Assembly (NCBI GenBank): GCA_001643675.2
Contig: LSRY02000052.1
Coordinates: 310,001-374,000, forward strand
From: Monocercomonoides exilis PA203
Taxonomy: Eukaryota > Protista > Preaxostyla
Reading direction: 5' to 3'
Length of the DNA: 64,000 nt
Shown: positions 54,498 to 64,000 of the stretch, in pieces
Layout: each line of letters begins with the position of its first letter
How positions within the stretch are numbered: position 1 is the stretch's first letter
Program-made: the position numbers and the translations under genes
Notes under the pieces: model-generated
Told to the model about the DNA's origin: nothing
What the model saw: only the letters and a program-made list of their open reading frames with translations
Database searches by the model: none

Positions 54498-57364
54498 ATG
54501 AGTTCAAAAAGGGAGCTTTCTCCAGATTTAGAAACAAAGAACACTGATAATCATGAAGAAGAGGGTAAATGCGAACTAACTCCGAGAAATTGCAATGATG
54601 AATGCATTTTTTTCGTTGGAAATATAGATAGCTCAGTTAGCTCTGATGAAATATCAACATTGTTTAATAAGTACGGTACTGTTACAGAAATAGGTGTGAT
54701 TTGGTTCTAATCAATAGCAACAATTATATTTGCTTTTTATTTTCTTTTATTTTTTTTTTTTCTTGAATGAATATTTAAAGAAAGCAAAAGAGGCTATGCT
54801 TTTGTATTTTTCAAAGGAAACGTTGACGAAGCTATTCGTTCGATTGACAAAATTGTTGTTCATCCCGGAGCTCTGCCTCTGAAGGTTGAAATTTCAAGAA
54901 AAGACAGAGAAATGATTGAGTTTGAACTTAGAAAAGATTGTTTTGCACATTCTATGAATTGAAATGTATTTATTTAGGAAAGATAAGCGCCGAGCAGCCA
55001 TTAAACCTTCTGAAGTATTATTTGTGTCATATATTGGGTCAGCTGAAATTGATGAAAATAAGCTGAAAAAGGAATTTTCGAATTTTGGATCTATTATTCG
55101 TTTTGACAGAAAAAGCAGGTACTTTTTTATTCAGTACCTCACCATTCAGGAGGCAATAAATGCTAGAAGAGCTTTGGATCGAACTGCTTTTATGGGAAAT
55201 AGACTTCATGTAGATTTTTCAGAGCAACAACAATCAACTTCATCTTCAAACTCCATCACCTGGTATGCATCATTTCACACAACGAGTAAGTTTATTGAAA
55301 AAAAATACAGAGTTTCTTGAGAAAATAATTCAACTATATCGTCTTCGACTTCGTCATCATCGACTTCGAATCACTTTTCAATTTTTAAATTCTCTTTTTT
55401 TTATAGCGTTGACTTCATTACATTCGTCTCCTTCTTCATCCGTTTTTCATCCTTACTTCCGTCTCATGTTTTCTATTTTCTTTCTTCATCATTGCTTTCA
55501 TTTCTAAAGTACTCCACCGTCGTCCCCGCGCAGCGGCAAACACACTCATGGCAGATACAAAATGGAAGAGATGGACGATGGAGAAAGATACTCCGAATGC
55601 AGAAGCTGTCATTCTCCGTCTGATTCGATGCACATGCAGTCTCCTCTGCGTTCTCGCTCTCCGCCTTATTTCCGAGGCGAGGCGCCGCATTCAAACGAAG
55701 TCCACTCGCACTTGCCGCTTCTGTTGCCTTCTCCACACGTTACACCTCTTCGACTGCAGCATCCCTTCTCAGACATCAACACATCTCCTGCTAACCTGCT
55801 ATCGTCACCTTCGTCGTTATCATCAGCATCCTCATCATCATCATCAGCTGCAATATTGACATCTTCTTCTGCTTCTGCAATGCCCATCTCAGCTGCCATT
55901 CCAGTTGCTGGCCTTCCTCTCCCAGCGCCCCAGCCACTTTCTGTGATTGCCTCGCCCTTTGGCATTCTGCCTGGCTCGATAAACACACTCAGCGAATCTG
56001 CCGAAGCAAAAAGGAGCCAGAAGAAAAGAAGGCACCATCCCCATCGCAGAAGCAGATCTGCTCACCGCCACATGAAGATGAGTGACCGAAGATCATCTTC
56101 TGCATCGCATTCGTCTCATTCATCGCATTCATCACTTGTGTCGCATATATCACATTCGTCTTCTTCGCAGTCTTTGTTGGACGAGGCCTCGCTGGCAAGG
56201 CACAATTCTGCTGTTTCAAAGGCAGATTCCGCAGATAAGCTGCACAAACCACATCAGCACCCCAAGCGCGCTTCTGCTTCGAGAAGCAAGAAGCAGCGTT
56301 TGGATGACACACATCAAAAGCCAGTCAGCCCTGGATCATCAAAAAATAGACAGGCAAAGCATTCGAAGCAGAAGCAGAAGCAGAAGCATGTGTCGCACAC
56401 ACATCGGCGTCACTCTCGCAAAAGCAGAAGCTCTCGTTTTGGCTCTCGTTCTTCGACTCACCCGCACAATTCATCTTCGTCTGCTTCATCTTCTTCATCT
56501 GAATCTCCATCATCTTCATCGTTCGGATCTTCTTCTTCTTCGTCGTCGTCTTCTTCTTCTTCTTTTTCTTCGTCATCTTCGCCTTCATCCTCGTTATCAT
56601 CCGCTTCATATTCGTCACGATCGCCATCGTCTTCTTCGTCTTCTTCTTATTCGTCTTCATCGTCATTGTCTTCATCAAATTCGTCGTCACGCCGCCATTC
56701 ACGTCGCTACAAGCACCTCCACAACAAGAAGAGGCGCCAGCCAAAGGCCACCGTGACCACCCAGTCGTACTATCAGATCGTCAGCCCTTTCGTCCAGCAC
56801 CAAACGCCCGGCCTGCTCCAGCCACTTGCCTCGCCCTGCACTCTGATGCACGAGCAGCCTGTGTGGCCAGCACAGCAGATGCTCCTCTCTGCGCAGGCTC
56901 CTCTTTCACACAGCAGCCAACAGCAGAAGCAACAACAACAACAACAATATCAGCAGCAGCAACAGCAGGGACAGAAACAGCAGAACCAAATTCCACTTTT
57001 TTCCACCCCGCCGCCGGCAAAGCGGGACCTCTCTGTGAGCAGTCATCCGTCTCCCAGGGCGCTTCTTCCGTCGCCTCCTCGTTTGCATGGCAGGCACGAG
57101 CATCGACAGGAAGAGCAGCCTTTCTCTCAGCCGCCGCTGCTGGCCACGCCGCCTTCGAAGACGATGGGCGAAGCGAATGATCTCCATTCATCGAGTGAAT
57201 TTGCACACTCTTTTCATTCTTCTCATTCGTCTCCTTCTCATTCTTCTCCTTCTGCTCATTCTGCAAAAGTGCGGAAAAGTCGCTCTGGAAGCAGGCAGCA
57301 GCATGTGCGGTCGGTCTCGCCGGAGCTGCGCTCGCCTTCCACATCTCACTCACATACGCCTTGA
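54498..57364 (+). CDS. Two-RRM RNA-binding protein with a Ser/Arg/His-rich tail (SR-like), 4 exons
   Basis: RRM1 has FFVGNI and KRGYAFV; RRM2 has LFVSYI, RYFFIQY...EAINARRALD...RLHVDFS. Three introns link in frame to the 55562-57364 ORF. Confidence 0.82.
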
Positions 57365-58162
57365 AGACTCGATATACTGAGATTATTGTCAAAGAATTCA
57401 AACCGCTAAAATAATTATAATAATAATCAACAATAAACTGCCCTTTATAAAAGTTCAGTTGTGCAGCTGAATCAAAATGAAAGAACGTGCTTGAAAAGAA
57501 AACTGTAAACATTTCGGCAAACAATGTTAAATTTTCGTTACTTTTATTTTGACGATTGTTAAATTTGAGTTTTAATTAATTCAAAATTTATTTAAAGACT
57601 GAAGATTCTTTCATAGAAGGATGAAAAAAAGAGAGGGTGGGAGGTGAACAAGTGTTATTCGGAATTATAAGAAAGGGCTTACACAAGGAAAAAAAGTTGA
57701 ACATACCCGATACAATTCGCGTTATAAAATAATAGTGCTTTGTCATTAAAGTAATTGTTTCAGTTAATTACAAATATTTTTAGAATAAACAAATTAATTG
57801 TTATTCATGAAATGATTGTTTTGCTTTCATTTGGATTTTCCCCTAATAACTGAATTCATTCATTGAGTTAAAGTCCTGCTAAGGAAGTTTATCTATGCAT
57901 CAAATCACTCAAATAATTATTTTTTATTGATAAAATTCCTGTAGTTTTAATGTTAAAAAAATGTCATCGATAATTACAATTTATTTTCGGTAATATCAAA
58001 CCAAGAAAAACTATTTCAGTAGTTAAAACAAAGTCAGAGTTTAAATAATTCAATCCACAATTGTTCAATTTGAGTAATTGAAAAATGATTCATCAACAGA
58101 TCTGTCAAATATAAGCAGATTGTTACAACATATTATTAACTTAAATATATTGCTTGTCTGAT

Positions 58163-58867
58163 TCATTTTGCTGGAGATCCAACTCCACCAGCACATTCTT
58201 TGCAGGGTTTTATTGGATCCTCAGGCCCAAGTTTTGTTCCTTCTGGAGGTGGGGTGATAGACATATCTCTAGGCAATTCTGATTTTCTTTTTTGTGCCTC
58301 AACCACTTTATTCATCTCTTCTTGTGCTTTCTTAACGTGTTCTTCTTCGTTTTGTTTTTTTCTTTCATCGGCTTTTTGGAGCTTATCTTGAATAACTTTC
58401 TCTAACTCTTTTTGAGAATCATTTTGCTTCATCTTGTGTTCTTTGTGAATATTAGCAACCTTTTCTTGATGCATACGACAGCTTTCCACCTTTTCTTGTA
58501 CCAGAGATTCAGCTCGTTTTTGAGCCGTTTCCATATCCTTGGCCATTTGTTGACGATCTTTCTGGCGTTCGGCATTCATCTCTTCCTTTTGTTTTTGTAC
58601 TGTTTGCTGCTTTTCAGATACTTTTGCACCAGCTTCTTTTTTCTTTTAATGAAAATTTGCTTTAAAAGTTGCTTAACAAAAAAATTAAACCAATTGAAGT
58701 TCATTCATTCGACGCTTTTCGGCTTCTGCTAATTTTTCCTGTATTTCATGTGCTGAAATTTCTTCTTTTTGCTCGGATTCAAGCTTCTTTGCAACTTCTG
58801 GTTTTTCAGAACTTTTTTCTAATGGCACATCGATGCAGATCCCTTGCATGGATTTTCCAGATTGCAT
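58163..58867 (-). CDS. Stathmin-like helical protein, 2 coding exons
   Basis: EISAHEIQEKLAEAEKRR resembles the stathmin signature (LSLEEIQKKLEAAEERR). Repeats follow (DMETAQKR, IQDKLQKADERK). A phase-0 intron joins the two ORFs. Confidence 0.65.
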
Positions 58868-58989
58868 ATATTACACTACAAACTGTATTTTTATGTTTTT
58901 AAAAAAGATTAAAACATTTCCAGCGCATTTACATCCTGCAAATTTCAAAATTGGTATTTTCCCGACAAAAGAAAACGGTATTATGTAAA

Positions 58990-59542
58990 TGATCAATTGT
59001 GATTGAAATATATTTTTTTTTGTTTTTTGTTAAACGAAATCAATTTGTAATTATTATTTTTTTGAAAATGCAACTTTGCTAATTCATTTTCACTTTCAGA
59101 ATAATTCCAGTTTGTGCATGAAACAAATAATTAAGTAGAAAATATTGATTGCCCAAAAAAAACCGAATAAGATCAATTTCTCAATAACTTCTCAAAGAAC
59201 AAATCTGATAAATTTCCTCGAAAATTTTCTTATCAATGCAAACTCATTTGACATGCAAGACTTTTTTATTTGGGTGATTATTTTTGAAATCATAACTTTT
59301 TTCGGTGAGTTGTTATTTCAAAGATTGTTACTTTTTGAAAGAAAATAGTAATTCAAAAGAGAAAAAGCATGATAATTGTTTTTGAAAACAAACGGTTTTT
59401 CTGAATCAAAGATTATAATGAATTCAATAAGCCTTTTCACTTTTCAATTTTTTTTATTGATATTCAAGAAATATTTTTGCAACGAAATTTTTGAAGGAAA
59501 AAATATGATTTCAAAAATAATCACCTATTTTGTTGACTGAAC

Positions 59543-59608
<66 letters not shown>

Positions 59609-62600
59609 TATTGAAATCTCGGATAAATAAGAATTTGAGATTCTTTGTAATTTCAATAATTATTTTTTAGAAACATACAGTGGGGGTGTCCATGAAAGTC
59701 TAAAATACAAAATAAATTCGTTGTGATTAATAATCTTTTGAGGAAATTTTTTCGATATATTCTTTGAGGAGTAATTGATAAATCGAATATTTCCTGTATT
59801 TTTTGCGCGATCCTGAAGTTAATGCGCAGTCTGTGCAGTTTTTCGTTGGACAATGATTGCATCACAAATGGATTTGAGAATATGGGTGATTATTTTGGAA
59901 ATCACAAAAATTTCCAGTGGTATGAATAATTTTGTAATTTGCAGTTATTTTTAAAAAAAATTTCAAAAAAGCGTTTCATGGTTTCAAATAATTTACTATC
60001 AGATTCATGTTGTCATTGAAAGACAAAGAAGTTTTTTTATGATTTTTGAGATAAACACTTGATTGATTTCTCAACATTTGAGACAAATTGTTTATTCGAA
60101 AATTTTGATTGAAAATGTTCTTTTTTAAAATGAGTTTACAAATAGCTATTGATGCATTAAAGAATTTTTTTTTTGAAAAAGATAATAAAAGAATCTCCAA
60201 TTGCGAAATTAATTTTTATCTTCAATAAAATTTGAAAAATTCATATTATTAAAAACAAAAGTCTCGAAGTTTGTGTTGTGAACATTGTTGTGATTATAGA
60301 TCGAATTTCATTGAAACAAACAATTATTTTCTAAATATTTTCGAAAAAGAAAAATAATGAGAAAATTACTTCTTTGATCAAATAACTTTATTTTAGGAAT
60401 TAATTTAAAATATAACAATCTTTTTCAAAAAATCACATTTTTGAAGATTACAGAAGCAAAGTCAAGATTTTTTGATACAATAAAATCCTTTTTTTGGGTA
60501 TGAAAAACAATGTGTGATGGAATATTTGCAGGTTTGTGACTTTCATAACTTTTGCAGAATTAAAATGTTTGATTATTTTTGAATTCGTATTTTTCTAAAC
60601 TAAAGTATCGGTTTGATTATTTAATTTTGTTTTTTTGAAAATGAAAACTGAAAAGTGAGAACTTCTATTTGAAACATCTCTGATATTTTTTTCTTCAAAT
60701 ATTTGATAGTTGAGAAATTATGATGAACCCCACTTTTCAGCGAAAAAAAGAAATTTTAACGAATGGGTAATTCTTTTTGTTAAGTTGCTAATGTTAAATA
60801 TTCAAATAAAACAAAGATTTCATTAACTTTGCTCTATCTTTTGTTAACATACACCAAACTTCACTAATATGGAATCTATTTCTTGATTATTTTATTTCAA
60901 ACATTTTTTTGTTGATTCGTGAGTGGAAACAGAAATTTGAACAAAATATGGGGGAAAATATTGGCTTTCAAGCTTTTTTTGCACAATGCATTGAAAAATT
61001 GTTTCACAAATAACATTATAAAACTTTTTCAGAATTCAAAATAAATTTGATTTTCACATCCTATTACAGGTATCATTGAAATCGAAACATGAAATTTAAC
61101 AACATTTCACTGATGTCAAAAAATAAACCTTTTTTTGTTGTGTTTTTTGATTAAAAAAAGTCAATCGAAAGTGCATAATTTTTCTATGAAAATGCCTGAA
61201 GTGAAACATTTTGCCCCATATGAATATTTTTTATTATTTCTAATTTTGCATTTGTGACTTATCAAAAAAAATTACCAATGTCATCAATTATGATGAATGA
61301 GTTTATTTTTTTTGAAAAGATATTTCAGAAAAACTTTCGAATTTTTTTTTAAAATTTTTTATGAAATGATAAGAATTCTGTTCTTATGTTTAAATTTTCA
61401 TTGGAATATTAATTGGGGATAAATATTTTGTTTTGTGAATTTTGTTTAACATAGTTCTTACAAATAATTTTTTTTAAAATTATCAATATTTTTTTGCGTT
61501 TATTTGAAAATTATGGAATGATATAATTAAAGAAAAAGCTTGGCGCAAACCTCTGTTTTTTTTCATACTTTCAAAAAATTAGTTTCAATTGATATTAGGG
61601 GCAAACATTTTCTTCAGGCTTTTTCATTGAAAAATTATACGCTTTTCATTGACTTTTTGAGATCAGAAAATTCAATAAATATGAGTCAGTTTTTGGACAT
61701 TTGTAAAATGTCACAACACTTCATATTATTATTTCAACGAAGCCTGTTTGCAGATATGAAAAACAAATTTATTTTGAAATTTGAGAAAGCGAAATAAGGT
61801 TATGAGTGAAGCAATTTCTTTGTGCTTTGTGCAAAAAAAGCTTGAAAGTCCTTATTTTCCCACATGTGATAAATAATTTTATTTCACTCTAATGAAATAT
61901 TGTGAGTTGGAACAAAAATGTTATAGAAATCGGAGTGTTTTTTTAAAAAAAAATTTCAACATAAGGAACAAAAAAAATATCTTTTTTTTTTTTTTTTTTT
62001 TTTTTTATACAAATTGTTAAAGAGATTAAAGTTATTTGATTAAAATTTTGTGAAAAATCAGACAAAGTATTTCTTATAACAGATGGGGCAAAATTATTAC
62101 AAATGTGAAAAAAACTGAGAGTTGTTCCAAACATTTTCTTCAATCATTTCATTATAAATCAACCGAAACAATGTGAATAAACAGAAAAATTCAAAAATTG
62201 AGAAAAATATTTGTAAAAGAAGAATGGAACAAAATTCATAAAACAAAAAATTTTGCCCCAGATATGATTAACACCCACATTTTATTTTTGACAATAGTCA
62301 TTGTTATTTTTTGTAATATTTGAGTACAAGATGCAATTTGCAATTAATTGATTGGCCACTAACGGAAAACGAATTTATAACTTTCACAATGTGAATTTTA
62401 TTTTGCAGAAAATGAAACATGAGAAGCTTATAGCTTTTGATTTTTTTTAACCTGGAAATGTGCTTAACAACAAGTGCATGTTTATGTTTCCATCGTGCAC
62501 AAACAAAAATTTATTTTTTCTGTTGCATGGATTAAAAAAACAATGGATTTGCTTTTGATTACGAAAATTTGGAGAAATTTCATTTTTCACATGATTTGTT

Positions 62601-64000
62601 CGAGTCAAGGAGATATTTATGCTTCATCATTTTAATGCATGCAACATGGTTACATAATAAATTTGAATCGTCTATTAAAGATTTCCAATTTCAAAAAGCA
62701 AATCATTTTAGAACGAGATATTTTCATGTTTCTTATCCAAATGATGGATATTGGACTTTCTGAGGGGAGAGCAAGCTCCATAAAGAAGAGGTATAATGTT
62801 TGAAAAGTGAATGCAATACATGGACAAAGCATTTAAACGAAAGAAGACGAAGACGAAGAAGAGAAAAAAAGAAAATAGAATTCAATATCTTATTGATACA
62901 AACGGATTACAAGAGCATCAAACAACGCTTCAAACAAGGAGAAACTTGCGGGAAAATGTCAAGAGACTTTTTGAAATGAAAAATAAATCGCTTTAATACT
63001 TAAAATGCAAAAATCGTTCAACTTCTGAAATATTAATGAACATGAGTCACAAAAGCTTACAGAGAAGCATCAAACAAATTAATGCGCTTTGGGTGAGAAA
63101 GTGAGAAAGAAACCAGGGAAAGAGGAACTGAAAGATGAGAAATTTGCGGAGGTGTGAACATAAAACAAAGTTCGCTTTTCTTTCTTTCACGTTATATTTT
63201 ATTCTTTTTCAGCAAAATTCAATTATTTGCTCTTGAAAGTTCATTTACATTTATATTTTGACTTTTGATTTTGAAATTTTAATCTGTTAAATTTGAGAAG
63301 TGTTTTATCGATGGGAAATTCTATTTTTGTGAATTTTTAATACCGTTCCATCTTCATTCATAAGATTGGAATGAACATTTATTTTCATATTTTTTAAATA
63401 ATTTTTAACTTCATTTTCATTGACTTTCTTTTTTGTTTTCAGATTATTTTATTGCTTTTTTACTCTCAACAAAATGTGCAACAATTTGAACAGAATCCTT
63501 ATGTTCTTTTGTGAGCACGACTCTTTTTCTGTCTGAAAATTTGATATTTTTTTAAAGTAGGTTAAGTAAGAGATGAGAATCGATTACTGAATCTGTGATC
63601 ATCCAGTTTCATCGTTAGCCTTTCTCATGAATTATCCGCTTCTGACACAGAACGAGATTTAATCCAACAAGGGCGCACAAAACAAAAAATAAAATTAAAA
63701 AATATTCAATAACAGCTGGATTATCCTGGAACAAGTATCGAAGAATTAGGACTTTGAGATGAGATGCCAGCCCTTCAAAAAAAACCAAAATCTGGAACAT
63801 TCGGAAGGACTGAAGAAAGGAAATGCCAAAAAAAAGTTAGAAATATACATGCCCATATGAATTCGCATGAGAATATAGATTTACAGAGAGCATGAAAGAG
63901 AATGAGAGAAAGGTTAAAAAAACGAAAATCTTTTTTAGGCGTTTTGAAACACACGGGATAAATGAAGATATATATTTTAATATGGGTGGAAGGAATATTG
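58990..64000. other. AT-rich region with no recognisable gene
   Basis: Only short F/L/I/K-rich chance ORFs and homopolymer runs; slightly purine-rich patches near 62700-63160 and 63600-64000. Confidence 0.6.
59545..59604. repeat. poly(A) tract, ~60 nt
   Basis: Seen directly in the sequence. Confidence 0.92.

Noticed and set aside
55407-55441. Possible extra exon inside the third intron of the RRM gene
   Set aside because: The 35-nt segment would break the frame, and the direct join is in frame.
28169-58867. Functional cluster of microtubule-related genes (kinesin, SAXO, stathmin-like, TRIM37-like)
   Set aside because: Interspersed with unrelated genes, and such genes are abundant in flagellates; no evidence beyond chance.
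59545-59604. poly(A) as the tail of a retroposed element (also poly(T) at 741 and 51184)
   Set aside because: No target-site duplication or element body identified; homopolymers are common here.
62700-64000. Purine-rich patches that might be decayed coding or retroelement sequence
   Set aside because: No recognisable motif or consistent frame; cannot be supported without a search.

Overview
Eukaryotic, intron-containing genomic DNA with AT-rich introns and intergenic spacers and GC-richer, Ser/Glu/Lys low-complexity coding exons. Donors are mostly GTATG/GTTTG and the code is standard (genes end in TAA, TAG and TGA). Style and a decayed copy of a characteristic multicopy family at 1-333 suggest an oxymonad such as Monocercomonoides (inference). 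About 17 protein genes were assembled by hand across introns: P5B ATPase, LRR+chromodomain-like protein, Cks1, a 2-TM protein, a double B-box protein, a MATE transporter, a degenerate kinesin, an Aida_N/MIT-like protein, a trichohyalin-like coiled coil, Rab7, TRIM37-like, a secreted GGMGY-repeat protein, SAXO-like, Yif1, a 2xRRM protein and a stathmin-like protein. The last ~5 kb has no recognisable genes. Main result: two genes 2.4 kb apart each appear to need a single-nucleotide exon in the context CAG|N|GTATG (Cks1 at 18362, next to a 4-nt exon; B-box gene at 20750). Also notable: a Rab7 that naturally encodes Q67L, two GC-AG introns and a probable pseudo-motor kinesin. All splice models are predictions from sequence and need RNA support.
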